This document shows, piece after piece, positions 1 through 13,800 of a stretch of 64,000 nt of DNA. Each line of letters opens with the position of its first letter. The first letter of the stretch is position 1. A program made the translations under genes and the position numbers. Below the pieces are notes generated by a model, which was given only the letters and a program-made list of their open reading frames with translations, was not told where the DNA came from and searched no databases. The stretch is from Geosiphon pyriformis uo1 (taxonomy: Eukaryota > Fungi > Glomeromycota), in contig JAAOMT010000303.1 in the NCBI GenBank assembly GCA_016748015.1, forward strand, positions 806,001-870,000. The letters run 5' to 3'.

Positions 1-11
1 TGGCGAGGCTT

Positions 12-1156
12 TTATTTCTTCTGAAATGCCGCCAATTCTGGCCCATTCCAATCATAAAACCCACCGCTTAAATTCAGCGTACTTGGATCACCAGTAGCTA
101 AATTTGCGATCACATAAGAGGGTTCATGTACGGGCACTAATTTTTTTTCTGCAAAAAGTGAAGTAAAATATTTGTAATCTTTTTCTGACATGAGTTTAGA
201 GCCTGAAAATCAATTGTGTTAATAAATAATCGGGAAGAAATTTTTAGGACAATCAATATGAAAAACATACCTTTCTCCCGAATTAGAGCTTGCATCGCAG
301 TGTCTACTACTCCTGGACGAATTGCAATAAATGTTATATCTGGTTCTTCGGTCGCCAAACACTTGGTCAACATATTCAGCCCAGCTTTGGATCTAATGGA
401 TTTCAAAGTCAATCTGTATTTTCTTGAAAGTTCAAAGATAATTTCATTGCATCCTACGTGCAATAAGCCCCCCATCCGTAATACGTATGATTCGCAGCCC
501 CTGAAGATACATTAATGACTCTACCTTTGGCTATGCGCAGATGAGGGATGGACTTTTGAACAAGTGAAAGCACGGAAAAGAAATTTATGTCAAAATGACT
601 AATTTGTCAGAGAATTCCAGAATTGGGATTATTACAAATGAAATCTTGTAAAAAGCGAAATAACTTTTTGACTTACCGTTTCCATTCTTTGGGTTGAGCC
701 TCAGAAATAGGGCCAATTGGTTCAATGGCACTAGAAAAATTCATATTAAAGTCAAACTTTAAATGAATAACATCAAATGATCAAATTAATTTTGAATTCA
801 CCCTGCACTTGCTACAATGCCATCTAAGCGTCCCCATGTAACAAGACTTTTTTGGACAGCCGCTTCAAGGACAGAGTCATTAGTTACATCACCAACAATG
901 ATTTCCAACCTTCCGTCCAAACCAAGTTCTTTTTGAATGTGTGTTTTAAGTAGGTTTAGATCATTCTCGGAACGCGCAATAGCTACGACGTTGCTATTGA
1001 ATTTTTGAATAGAAAGGAGAGTGACTGCATGACCGATACCCTATGAATGAATTATAGCTGGAGGCATCAGCAAGGTTAAAATTTCTTTCTGTTTAAGTTG
1101 AAAACACCACTGACTCGGGAGGCTCCAGTAACGATTATGCTCTGACGATCTGACAT
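12..1156 (-). CDS. Short-chain dehydrogenase/reductase (classical SDR, multi-exon)
   Basis: ATG at 1156: MSDRQSIIVTGASR|GIG (TGxxxGIG Rossmann motif across an intron); GRLDGIVASAG; catalytic YCT|SK; IRPGVVDTAMQ; last exon ends ...PELAAFQKK* (TAA 12-14). All introns GT-AG. Confidence 0.9.
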
Positions 1157-1302
1157 ATTTTTTATAGAAAATATTCTACTAGTGGTAGTCAAATACATCA
1201 ATTTAATTAATCTACGGCCATTAGCTCGTAATAGTCTTTTTTTCTTTTATAATAAATTTTCCCGATGTTATTGATTATGAGCCATCTCATTTGATCATTG
1301 AT

Positions 1303-1734
1303 TTAAAGCCTAGCCTTCAGAATACGAATGCCTTTTCTTTCCTTTTTGGGAACTTTGACCACCAACACTCCATTGCCAAATTCTGCTTTCACGTGTTCAA
1401 GATCCACAATACCCTTTGGAAACTTGAATTGACGCGAAATTTGACCTCGAATGCGTTCGACCTTAATCGGTTTTTCATTTTCATCTTCAATTTCTTTACG
1501 CTCAGCAGTGATAATTATTAAATTTTCATCTGGGGTAACATCAACATGGATGTTTTCAATGGGGATTCCAGGAAGTTCGGCACGTAAAATATATTGGTTT
1601 AGAGTGGCAGAAATGTCTAACGGAAAGCCAGGTGCTTGCAAAATGGGCCAAGAGAAAAAGGTCGCAGGGTTAGTTTGAAGCAAATAATGTGACTGCATGT
1701 CTCGTTCAAGAATGTCGTTAAGCAAGGAATACAT
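1303..1734 (-). CDS. Small heat-shock protein (HSP20/alpha-crystallin domain)
   Basis: Intronless 143-aa ORF with LDI..., AELPG, ER...RQFKFP, AEFGNGVLVVKVPK and a C-terminal IxI-like motif (GIRIL). Confidence 0.88.
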   Translation of the reverse strand: MYSLLNDILERDMQSHYLLQTNPATFFSWPILQAPGFPLDISATLNQYILRAELPGIPIENIHVDVTPDENLIIITAERKEIEDENEKPIKVERIRGQISRQFKFPKGIVDLEHVKAEFGNGVLVVKVPKKERKGIRILKARL

Positions 1735-1998
1735 TTTTAAAATAATTGAAGTCAGCCAAGTTGATATAGTTGATCCTGAAGTTTACGTCACTTTTGCGGT
1801 TACAAAATTTTAGAGAATACTTTTAATGTGACGCAGCGAAAAACATATCTCGAATGCCCCATCGAGCTCAAATATTTTGCACAATGCGAAGCTACTTTTC
1901 CTTTGCTGGCATTATTTTAATAAAAGAACAAATAGAAAGAGAACTTTGTGGAGAAGAGGAGCGTCAATAAAAACGAAAAGAAAATGCGAAGAGGAACA

Positions 1999-2580
1999 AT
2001 GTCACTTCTCTAGCTTCATTAATATGATAAATTCCAACCTTATACTCGTTGAAATAATCGCTCCGTGAACACACAGATTGCTCAACGATCACAACGATCG
2101 CCCAATATGACTTCTCAACTCGACGAGACGTTGGAGAAGTTGAACAACGACCGTGATCAGAGTCGAGCCAAGATTTCTTCTACTCATACCTAACAACATT
2201 TGATGAATACCAGACATAATGAAAGGGCGAGGTGAATATTGCTCATATAGAGGAGAAAAATCTACGGTGTTGATAAATTCATCCACCATTCACAGTGTCT
2301 TCCTCGTTACACCAAATTCCAAAATTCTAGAACCTAGTCGTTTAGCTCCCAACTGGTGCAAGATGGTGAATGACGAATAAAGAATCTACTGCTATAATAT
2401 CGCCATCCATGAGAGACGATAGGGAACGCTCTGAGGTTGACGACAAGACCACCCTTGAGGGATACAGCGTGGTGCATCGACGTTTTAATTGAGCGTGCGA
2501 TGGCCGCACAATAAAGTACCAATTCTGACCTCGTCTTTAATAGAGACCGAGTTGACCGAGACCCAATTCAGTGAGGAGGT
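1999..2580 (+). pseudogene. Possible decayed coding remnant of unknown identity
   Basis: CpG-rich, coding-like composition. The + frame from ATG 1999 (…PNMTSQLDETLEKLNNDRDQSRAK…) is broken by stops; a GAG|GTAAGA donor-like site lies near 2578. No family recognised. Confidence 0.2.
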
Positions 2581-2666
2581 AAGAAATCCAAACCGTCTCT
2601 ATTATCACGGTTATTGATTTCAATTGTTAATTTCTCTTTTAATCAGTTGGAGAATATGGTGATTGA

Positions 2667-2894
2667 CCTATGTTCGTATGATTAACCCTGCGACTGATTT
2701 TTGGGATTAGAAGGACTGTGGAATAATTATTATGCCTGAGGCTCTCTTCCAGTATATTAAACAAAAATAGTATCCTACGCTCGTATGGTTAGCCCTGCGA
2801 CGGATATTTGAAATCAGAAGGACTGAGAATAATTATTATGCTTGAGGCCTTTCTTTTAGTATACTAAACAAAAATGGTATCCTATGTTCGTATG
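2667..2894. repeat. 107-bp tandem repeat (~2.1 copies)
   Basis: CCTA(T/C)G(T/C)TCGTATG recurs at 2667, 2774 and 2881. Units share AGAAGGACTG..GAATAATTATTATGC.TGAGGC and TAAACAAAAAT.GTAT. Confidence 0.85.
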
Positions 2895-3443
2895 CTTGCA
2901 GTCAGTTGGAGGGCGAATATCCAGAGTTCAAAAATACGTCAGGCTGGTAAGCAATATTCTGCATCTATTATTTGGATAATTATGAAGAAAGCACCTTTGT
3001 TACTTATTCACATTTTCCTCATCTCTTGTACTTATCCCACTTTCTATTTAACCCATTTGTCCCAAAAGGTTTGTCGCCGAGTACATTGACAATCTTCTGG
3101 TCCGGCATGATGAATTTTCAGATGAGGTTCCTGGCTAAAGTTAGAAGAGAGGTCATCGCGATCGATCTGATGACCAAAAATGAAACAAATAAAAAATCAC
3201 AACTCTTCTTGGTTTTAATGTTGCGCTTTATTCTAACAGTGAATTGAGTTAAATTTTGCAAATATCAAATATGTTAGTTCAAATTTTTCGTCCCAACACA
3301 CTTTAGAAAATTTTAGTTTATGAAATAAAAATGTAACTTTTGATCCCCAGCGTAATGAGGTTGATCACTAACCATTGTTCTACTTATTAGGTTCTCTGAT
3401 TACCAGCAATTTTAGAGTCTTAATTTTAAGAATTTTAATAGCG

Positions 3444-6082
3444 ATGAGACTTCTCGGCACTAAGAGCCCTTCCTCAAAAGCTTCTGACAGGTTCTTAAAC
3501 CCAACGATGCCGGTCGAAGTAGCTCCAGTCCTTCTTAACATTAGAAACCAGGAATGGGTTCATCAGGTTGACGATTTTTTCGTTCTTTAGGGAGCATCGA
3601 TTACTATGATTTAAGCCGCCAAATAAAAAGTTCATTTACACACCTGCCTTTTTCAAGCGAATTCTCTTGGTTTATGGCCGTGCAGGTCCAATCGACTTTC
3701 CGTTCGAATCGAAGATAACTGTTGACCACCACGCCAATAATTTCCCCCAAACCTCCTGGCCCATTTTCAATTCATTCTTTAAATGTCTCGTCCACCTTGA
3801 TCCAGGTATATTCTTTAGCTTCAGTTTCAGCCTCCTACCTCTTTATTAAATCAAGTTCTTTGCCCTATTATTTTACTAGGTCAGAATAACTTGCAATTTA
3901 CCTTCAACCCGCCCGTTGGCCTTGAGTATTTGGGCCCTGTTACAACTAGTTTTCAAATAAATTATATCCCATTATTACAGAATCCTCCCTTGCATTTGGC
4001 TATTCTCGTAAGCAAAGATTCAAACTTTGTAATCGATGCTCCACCTCAGAAACAAAACAATCTGGACGCTGTGAAGGCAAAATTTCGCTGTGCCGCCTAT
4101 TTATGGCAAGCGTTTACAGCAGAACAGATGGAGCGTAATGGTTTTGGAAGAAGGTTGTTAAGATTATCGATTAAGTTTGCTTTTCAGAATTCTATAAATT
4201 TAAGTTGATAATTTTTGACTGCCTCATTCAAACATTTTTTCTTCATATCCATGAAAAACAAATCATTAGAATATTTCGACTTGAAGAAAACTGGGAACAA
4301 GGTACAGGTTCGGAAGAAGTAGCTGTACAATTGCTCCTCATAATCTTATTAATAAACTTGAGTTTTCTATAGATACTCTTACCAATCAAGATAATTCTTT
4401 GCGGCAAACCGCAAAAATTCATATCATTCCTACAAATTACACGCGTGAGGAACTCTTGGATCCTGAACGTGCTCAGCAATATCACCCACCACCGGGAACC
4501 CCTCCTACAAAAAAGGAAGATTTGTTTTCCATCTTCTTAGAATCCCTTCAAGAATATGGTGCTCCATTCAATAAAGAATGTTACGTGGCCGGTTTAATTT
4601 TAGATAGTCATTATGATCCGGAAATGCAGTTGATCCGTGGACATGCTGCTTTAGGTATGGGAATCATCAACTTAACTAATCGATCTTAATTCACAAAGGA
4701 TTAATCACCAAAACTGATTCACAATTCATTTCTATAGGAGGTGGATCAGGTAATATTAGATTAGGTATTTTTGGAAGTCACACAACCCATGCTTGGCCAA
4801 GATTTCTTGAGGAAGTGGTCACTTGTTTCCAGGATGACACAAAGATTGATAAAAGGATATTGGGGAATGACAATAATGAGGGTGAAACATACTGGAAATG
4901 CTGTAATATCGGGATTGGTGCTATGGTATTATGGGTTAACTTTTTTCACAGCTTTATCATTTTAGTATCGTTTCTCATTAAGAAATTTTGAAATTTTCAG
5001 TTACACGAAGTTGGGCATGCCTTAACGCTGCCTCATTCATATTCTGGTAATAAATAGAGTTTAGTACATATTTAGATTAATTTCTCATTTATAATTGTAT
5101 TAACAAATTTTGAATGTTGTCAGGTATCATGTCTCGGGGCTTTAACAATCTCAATCGAACCTTTACTGTCAAGGAACCTCGTAATCCCAAACCGATCACA
5201 GCTGATGACGAAGATGGGTCTCATTGGCATCGATGTGATGTTGTTCGTTTCCGATGTCATCCATGTTTTCGCCTTGCTTCGGATTCCCCAAAGCGGATCG
5301 ATCTTCGACATCTATCCCCTGATTTTTGGCCTTTACATGACTCGGTTCTCATCCGATGTAATGCTGGTATTTCGTTGATGGAAATACATTTAAATGACAA
5401 ATATAAATATCATTTGGAATTTATTGATGGGGATCATCCTGGGGATGTTAAGCTGACCGTCAGCAGTGTTAAGCAACGTACTAATTGGCAAAATGGTCAA
5501 AAAATCCGACTTCATGTGGTTGCTCCCAACCAAAGTGAGAATACTATAGAAAATTTCGAATCATTTTTGAATGACCATCAAATCATCTTGCCCTCTGTTG
5601 GATTTGCTCTAAAGAGCGCAAAACTCGGAGTTGGTAGTGGGATAAAGTTTCAGGTTCTATTCAAAAATCCATTGCTTCCCGCTAATGCGGTTGGAAAGCC
5701 AAAACAAAAATTACCCAATACTCCTTATCTCACTAATATTCGTGTTAACGCGGGAGACTTCATTGATGGAATAAAGTTCTTTTGGTCCGATAATACACAG
5801 AGTAGTCATGGTGGAGAAGGTGGGATTCCTCATGATTTTCCTTTAGAGGAAGATGAACTTATAGTTAGCTTATTGGTAAGATCTGGGGCCTGGATAGACG
5901 GTTTAGAGATTCGTACTAATAGAGGACGGACATCAGGCTGGCTTGGAGGTCAAGGAGGCTCTTTACATGTTTTGGATGTCCCTTCTGGATATGAAATTGT
6001 GGGGTTATATGGAAGTTGTGACTGTGTGTTGGACTCATTGGGTATTATTTATGTAGAGAATAAAGATGGATGGGGTCCTTGA
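3444..6082 (+). CDS. Zinc metalloprotease with C-terminal jacalin-like lectin domain (YIL108W-like family), multi-exon
   Basis: Exons join through GT-AG introns: VYGRAGP, PPLHLAIL, KFRCAAYLWQAFTAEQM, RGHAALG|GG, zinc motif HEVGHALTLPH at ~5004-5036, HWHRCD. C-terminal jacalin signature VRSGAWIDGLEIRTNRGR...GGQGG...IVGLYGS. Start is either 3444 or 3507. Confidence 0.85.
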
Positions 6083-6326
6083 TAGTGAAGCAAATCTTAT
6101 TTGAAAATCCTCGCCATTCAATAGCTTATATTTTTGAGATCTGAGAAAATTAAAAAATATATGAAGGGAATAATATTATGTTCAAAGGCCATGCTTTTTG
6201 AAGTTACAATGACAAAATGTAATTTAAGTTTATCAAGGGTCAAATTACAAAAAACCTAAATCAGATTCCAATTTTTTAATAATAGCATATTTTTCATGGG
6301 TTCTGTGATTGAATTCATCAATGGTC

Positions 6327-7374
6327 TCAATACCGACCACCACGACTGCTACCACCACGATTTCCAAATCCACTACCACGATTTCCAAATCCACCACCAC
6401 CACCCCTATTGCCACCACGATTCCCAAATCCACCACCCCGATTGCTACCACCCCGATTTCCAAATCCACCACCCCCAAATCCTCGGGGTCCTCCCCGTCC
6501 ACCACGTGGGCCTCCGCGCCCGGTAAATCCTCGACCTAACAAGGTAAAAGAGGAAAAAGCTTCGAGTCCATATCAATTATGTAAAACCCTAGCCAAAACC
6601 AGTAAAGAAACAAAGGGAGAAAAGCCATTTTAATATTAGCTTTTCTGCAGCACTTTACCTCCACCTCCACGTCCACCTCCTCTTTTAGCCCCTAATGGAT
6701 GAAAATATTTTAAATTTTGTTCTTGTGAGGTGTAGCTAGATGATATTTGTTGTACAAAAAACCAAGAACTCACCTTTAATTTTTGGCATTGGAGGTTTAG
6801 GAAGAAACCTCTCCAGTGGCAATAGCTTATCTTCGGCAATAAAAACTCGATCCGCAGTTTGAAATGAAGTAGCAATGATACCTTCTTGTAGTTTCACCGT
6901 GAAATAAACTTCATTGATAGGGCCAAGTATTTCGTCCACTTTTCCAATTTGACTCTTATTTTCTAGGTAGATGGGTGCGTTGAAGTACGGAATTTTTGAA
7001 TTTATTGAACGGCATACCATTTCCCCTTCGCAGGCATTAAGAAACTGTCCCATTTCTAAAGAATAGGATGTTTGCTTAAATGAAACTTATTGAAGTAATG
7101 CGAAAGGTTCCAAGAAACATTACCGATCACTTTCTCAGGTGGTCCCTGAAATTGTGGAGTGAAGTTTCCTCGGCCAAACCCGCGACCGTTTCCTGATACA
7201 ATAGTAAACACTCTTTGATGAGTTCAAGGTTTACAAAGGAGTTAGCAACTAAGACTAACGACCTTTTCAATTTTTGAGCTTTTTGGTTGGTTTTTCAATG
7301 ATGTGCGTACCTCTTGGGGTGTTAAATCGACCTCTGAAGCCACCTCGCGTCCCTCCCAGATCACCTTTCCCCAT
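6327..7374 (-). CDS. GAR1: H/ACA snoRNP subunit Gar1
   Basis: Five exons: N-terminal RGG ([17 protein letters not shown]), GPPEKVI|[59 protein letters not shown] core, and an RGG-rich tail ending RGGRY*. Confidence 0.95.
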
Positions 7375-7683
7375 TTCTTTATTTTGAAAAAAAAATTAGG
7401 CAGTGGTTTTGTGAAATTTAGCGAGTCACGAAATTATTTCTAAGATTTCCAAATATAGAACGCCACAAAATTTTGGCTTATTTAAAAAAAGGGGATATGA
7501 CAAATATTATTCCGCTAGAATAGCTGATATTCCCAAGGATCTGTGATTTTAGCATGTGAAACCGTTCATAAACTTTTTTCTATATAAACGAACTTTATGG
7601 GTTAAATTGTTAAAAACCAAGACTTCTTTTTACCATTGGCACTTCTAATAAGATTGTTTCATCATTTTAAGTTTTGCTTGATA

Positions 7684-8659
7684 ATGGATTTTAATGAACT
7701 CTTGCCGGGTGAGTATTTTTTGAGAGTTGCAAAGATAATTGCTTAATTGCTTAATCTTATTGACTTATTTTCTATAATACGAAAAAAACTCAAGAAATCC
7801 TTGACGACCTTTTTTCTTATGATGAGGTTAAACATAAAAATGTCTTAGATAAGTATTTTGCCACAGACGCCAAACTTTCCCACCCTCTCTTAACCATTGA
7901 GGGGTCCCACAATATAAGACAAGTGTACAGGGTGTGGACCTCTTTAAACAGTCTAAAGCCAGAAATAGTTGAAAGTTATCTATTAGAGTAAGTACGCATG
8001 GAAAATTCTAAAAAATTTTAATTTAGAAAATTTTGCAAAAAGAAACAATTGTTCTAAAAGAGTTGAACTAAAACTCTGGTTGGGGTTTGAGATATGGGTT
8101 TAAATCAAAAAAAATTCAATATTCTATCCGTGGAACTTTTAGTGACAAGACGGCTATTGTGCACACCATACAAAATTTTCGACCGCGTATGTTGCCTTTT
8201 ATTCATCTAAAAGTGCCAGGAATCACTACATTAAGATTCAACCGAACTACAGACAATGACATTGAAATTTACCATCAAGAAGACACCTGGACTCTCGATG
8301 GATTAATTCAAAGTATTCCACCTCTTTACTGGTGGTATGAACATGTTGTTCGCGTTGTAATGGGTAAACTTTTCACCAGTGCTGGCTCTTTCCTTCAAAC
8401 TGCAAATCAAACCACCCTTCGTTTAACCTCTAATGTCAGTGAGATTAGACTATTATCTTCTGAGGTTATAGCTCCATATTCGGAACAAGCTACAAAGTTT
8501 GTGACTCCTTATTCTAACAAAATTAGTAATATTACTACCCAAGCGAAGGCTTTGGTCTTAAATGCCCAAGAGGAAGTAAAAACTAAAATCTCTCAAGTAC
8601 GAGGAATTCAACCACAATCATATACTAATGGGAAGATGATTACCCAAGATGGGCATTAG
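7684..8659 (+). CDS. Fungal NTF2/SnoaL-like fold protein (3 exons)
   Basis: ATG 7684 MDFNELLP|GTGAGT; exon 2 ...LDKYFATDAKLSHPLLTIEG...; exon 3 ...IEIYHQEDTWTLDGLI..., stop 8659. The YFxxDAxxxHP and IxxQEDxW motifs are typical of NTF2-like domains. Confidence 0.65.
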
Positions 8660-8898
8660 CACTCAAATTTGAATATTCCTTTATACATAGATTATCGCAA
8701 TTTAGAAATCAAATTTTTTAACATTTCTTTTATTAATTTGTCCTTTTTATTTTTCTGGAATTAAATTTTATCAATTCAAAATTTTTAATAATGAAAATTT
8801 TAAATTTATTAATATTTATTCTTTGCTAAATATTATATCAAAATGAACTTATTTTATTATATGATTTATTTATATATTCAAATTACATTACATAATTA

Positions 8899-8999
8899 TC
8901 CGAGTGGCTGGTCACGTATAGAAGTGCATAAGCCACGTTTACTTTAGAACATTTTATGTTGTATTGTGGTAAATAATGGTCATTAAATAAAGAAAAAAA
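8899..8999 (+). mobile_element. Isolated LINE 3'-UTR/tail fragment
   Basis: CCGAGTGGCTGGTCACGTATAG...TTTAG matches the 3' UTR of LINE-B (CTGAGTAGCTGGTCACGTGTAG, ~30943) and is followed by an A-rich tail. Confidence 0.6.
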
Positions 9000-10110
9000 T
9001 TATTTTTTATTTTTTATTAAAATTATAATTTGATTTTATAAATATATTTTTTATAGAACATAATTGTTAATTCATTAAATCTAATTTTGTTGTGATTAAT
9101 ATTAAATTATTAATCATATTTTAAAGTTTAAAAATTTAAATAAATTTACAATTAAACAAATATAATTAATTGCCATTTTGTAAAAATATCAGTTGAAAAG
9201 TTTTTTATTATTAAAAAAAACTTGACTTTAAGAATCCAATTTCTGTTTAATTTGTTTTATTTTAAAATTTATTGGAAAAAATAATCTTATAAATGTAAAT
9301 TTGTTTATGTTATTTATTTTGTTTTATTAGTAATTGTTTTTTTAATATGATTAAAACTAACTTAAATAAATTTTGTTTAAATATAGTTTTAGTTTTTACA
9401 AATGAATTTATTAAGAATATAAGTTTTTTTGATATTATTAATAATATATAAACTTATTTTTTAAATTTAGATTTAAATATAAAATTAAGTATTTATAGTT
9501 AATATTATTAATATTGGTTAGTTTATAAATTGTTGTTTAAATATTAAAATACATGTTAATATTTAATAAAATTGTTATTAATTCAAACAATTAAATATTT
9601 TTAAATATATATATGTTAAAATTACATATAATTAAGCTTATTTTTATAATAAATACTAAATAAAAAACAATATATTATTATTATTATTAAGAATAAATAT
9701 TTATTTATTAATTAAATTAAATTAAAAAGTTATTTTAATGTTATAAACAATAAATAAATTGTTGTGCTTAAAAACAAAACTACAAATTTACTATTTATAT
9801 TATTTGTTAATATTAAAAAAATTTTAATAAATAGTAAAATAGTTTTTAAAAATACTTATTAATTTATTTAATTTAATAAATTTTGCTTGTTAAAAAGTTG
9901 AATATATTTTTAACAAAAAATTTTATTTAATAAAAACTATTTTAATATAATATTTTAATAAATATTTAAAAATTAATTTATTGAATTATAATATTGTTAA
10001 TTTTTATATTTATTTATAAAAGTTTTACATAAAAAATTATTAATTATTATAAAAAAAAACTTTATAATTTTAATTATTTAAATATAAATTACATTTGTTA
10101 TAATTTAAAA
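9000..10110 (+). mobile_element. Extremely decayed AT-rich repeat, possibly a LINE ORF1 remnant
   Basis: Almost no G/C. 9180-9210 translates VKISVEKFFII, resembling LINE ORF1 VEVSIKKLFAL. Confidence 0.25.
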
Positions 10111-10840
10111 AAAAAATTTGATTATATTTTTTTATATAATAAATAAAGATTCAATTGATAATTTTTTCCCAATTTTTGTCTTCAACATAGTGATCAATTT
10201 AATCTAACAATTATGTTTTTTTGGTAAGTTATTTTTAAGTTTTTTTACCCTTGTTTTATAGATCTTTTACTAAGCTATTTTTAATATTAATTACTTAATA
10301 CTTAATTTTTTAATCAATTAGTAAACAAGAAAAAATAAAAAATAAAATAAAATAAAATAAAAAATAAAAAATTAGTATTTTATTAATAGTTATAATTAAA
10401 AACTATTGGTTTAATGTGATTAAGTATCAAATTCTATTAACATAAGTTGTTAATAATACAAAAATGATTAATATTTCTTAATTAAGTAATGATAATATGA
10501 ATTTAAATAATAATAGATATTTTTATTAATATGAATAGGATTTTACTTCAAGTTATAAAAACCATTTTTTAAAGAAAAAGTATTAGATAATTATTTGTTT
10601 TTAACTACTGTTTTCTTTTTTTTTGTTTCTAATATTTTTGCTATATATATATAATTTGTGTTATATAAGATTCTTTGAAATCCTTTAATTCTTTTAAAAA
10701 AAATCTTAGAATTCTGGAATTCTGGAATCTTGTAATTCTTCAAAAAGAATTCTAGAATCTTACAATTTCATGAAAAAAATCCTGGAATTTTTTTTTTACT
10801 ACACTCCTTTTTTATTGGCTATTTTTTTACTTATTATGAT

Positions 10841-13800
10841 TTTTTTTTGTATATACTTTATGAGTGAGGTCCAAACACTATCTAAAACTATACATCAAAG
10901 AAATAATCTAAACTATATGTGAATCATGTACTTTTTACATGCAATCAGCCACTCAGACTGATCAGGACAATACTATTCAGCTATATAAACTGAAACAGAA
11001 TTACCAACATCTGAAAAAAATAAACAAAATCTACAAAAACCAAAGTGAACATCAAATGCTTTAGTAATGCCAAACAATCTGACCACACCAGCCAACAATC
11101 TTGAAGCCAAACTAGAAACTGAAATAAGAGACGACTCATTTAGAGGGATCAGGCCATTTTTCTCCATATAAGCATGATGTTTAGCATGAACCAATCATAT
11201 ATTATCTCTAAAAGCAGTACAGAAAGAATGCACAAACTCAACAATCCTCAACTAGCAACCTTGGGATTGTGAAAGACAGAGATAGTCTCACAAAGCCAAC
11301 CATCAAAAACAAAACTCTTAAAAAGAGCCATGGAGACAAAGACATTAGAAACACTGGATGATAACAGCTGTAATACACATGACAAAAAATGAGAAAGACC
11401 AGAAAAAGACTTCCAAAAATCTACAAAGGTATCCAATATCTAAAGACAAATAAAACCATCAATGTTACAAGAGAATACATAATCTGACATCTTTACAGAA
11501 CAACAATACAAACACAATACACTTGGGTAATATTGGTTATAAAGTTGCTTCCAAATAATAACAAGCAGCTAATGATGCAAAGCTTTTATAAAATAAGTGT
11601 GTACAGAAGCTAAAAGTCTACCAGTAAAACCAGTGGCCATGTGCAAATTAAGGTGCCACACTAACAACGAGCTGAGCCAATCAATATTAAAACACAGATT
11701 ATTCTCCAAAAACATAGAACCAGAACCAACTTCTTAGCAGACATAACAAATGGAATAAAAAACATCATAAACAAAGTGTCTAGAGTTGCCAGAAACTACA
11801 CAACTATTAGCTACCAAAAAGCATTCATTTAAACATAAGGAAAAGGTATTAACCAGAGAGAGAAGTGGTATCAGCAAGTGCATTAGCATGCTTATTCTCC
11901 AAAACACTAAAGTGACCTTTTATCTTAAGCCATAAAACCCTCAGATTCTTACTGTAAACAATATGCCAACATTCAATCCAATACTGATTGTGAAAGTCAA
12001 GATATACCAAACCCAGTTCCAATTTACAAGCATCTAAAGCAGATTGATTATCTAAAAATAAGCAAACAGAGCTAGAAGAGAGAATACACTTCATGGCCAA
12101 TGCAATAGCTTGCATCTCTGCCAAAGTAGAAAACATTAAACCTGAAACATTTACACCTAAGCCCAAACCAATGTCTTCAAAAAAAACTACAGCACTAGTC
12201 TTTTTGTTAATCATATTTAGGTTTTTTAGAGAACTGTCCATATACACCAAAAAACTGCCAAAAGCAACCCAAGAAAGCCAATCACAAACAGAGCCAAAGC
12301 CACTAGACTCAAGAATATTCATAGGACTAATACTGTTCAAAACAGTAGGATGTGCAGAAAAAGAGGTCTTGCTAATGAGAAATGCAGTAGAAAGCTTAAA
12401 CCAATCAGAAAAGGGGCTGCAGAGGTCTAATCTCTTTCACCATTTAAAAGTGTACCAATCATAAACAGCACCATGATGATCACAAAGTTGATTCACAAAG
12501 ATTACATCATATCTCCAGAGAGATAGAAGATACTTGAAAAACTTTGATTTACTCAGAACAACAGACATAGACACCTCACCACAAAAATGAAAAAACTGAC
12601 AAAAGAGTCACCCAGAGATAAATTGCACTCTAGAAAAATCCAAATTATGCCAGCCAAGAAGTTATTAAAAGAACTAACACAAAAAAACTCAAAGGATTAA
12701 CAGAATATCAGCACAAAACTTGCAAGTCATGAGATCTGTGAGTGAACAAATGACCCAAAATTCCACCAGAATTCATAAAGCTAACAAGAGAAGCAACTTT
12801 ACTTTCAGACTGAAGTTGGACAAAAAATTTCAAACCATAAAATGAAGGGTGGTAAATCACATTGTCAGGAAAGTTGATAAAAAGACCCAACTTGGATTTC
12901 AGGCCTTTATGAATTAAGGCATCCTACTTATTACATACACTAATTGGAACAAAACTAAACTGTATTCTATAGCTAACAATGGGATGAAAAATAGCCAACA
13001 CCAAATACAAGAACTGCTTATCTGAGATGGCCTTCCTCAAAACCATGTTAACAAAAAAACAAATGTCTAAATATGTCTTAACCAAGCTAGGTTTCAAAAG
13101 ACCATCTGTTGAGAGAAAGATACCCAAGTATTAATGAGATTTTTTCTTTTTGGCAATAGAGATGGGCAGGTCACTAATAGACAAAAAAGATGTATTGACT
13201 CTGCAATTGATAGAAATGTTTTGTCATTGTTAATGGCAATGTTATTGATTCAAAAAAATTTACTAGCAATGTTAAAAATATATTGAGTAGTAGTCTGACT
13301 GCTACCAACCCAAATTATATTATCAATAAAGACACCAGTAGTGAAAAAAAAAAAGCCCAGCCTAAAACTCAGCATGACCACTTCTGAAAATAAAATGAAA
13401 ACCCAATCTGTATCCACACACACTTTTTTGTTTCTTGACCTCACACAAAAGGAGATTATAAAATATGTGCCATAAAAGAGGGAAGAAAATTTCTTTCTGA
13501 TCTAAACCATTTTGAACATGATAATCACTTGTCAAACCAAAATCAGTCATAATCTTATTAGTACAACTCCTATGAATATAACCAAAAAATTGAATAAATT
13601 TGCTGCACATCTTGATTCTAACCAAATTCTTCTTAAGATGTTCTTAGCCAACTGAATTATATGCTTTCTGCATGTTTTGCAAAACCAGCCAGAGCTCTCG
13701 GTTCTTCTTTAGAGCATTCTCTACTACTGATCTAACTGCAAAAATAGGAAACTGGATTGTTGTATCTTTTAAAACCAAAAAATTATTTCTGTGAAGAACA

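Noticed and set aside
1735-1900. Heat-shock element upstream of HSP20
   Set aside because: Only degenerate TTC/GAA units; no clear multi-unit HSE.
2667-2894. CRISPR-like array
   Set aside because: Whole-unit tandem duplication without unique spacers, in a eukaryotic context.
6245-6633. His-rich, Thr-rich, Pro-rich and Val-rich ORFs
   Set aside because: These are alternative or antisense frames of the GAR1 RGG-repeat exon.
7375-7683. RRPE-like motif (TGAAAAAAAAAATT) in the GAR1/NTF2 divergent promoter
   Set aside because: An imperfect match that cannot be distinguished from background A-tracts.
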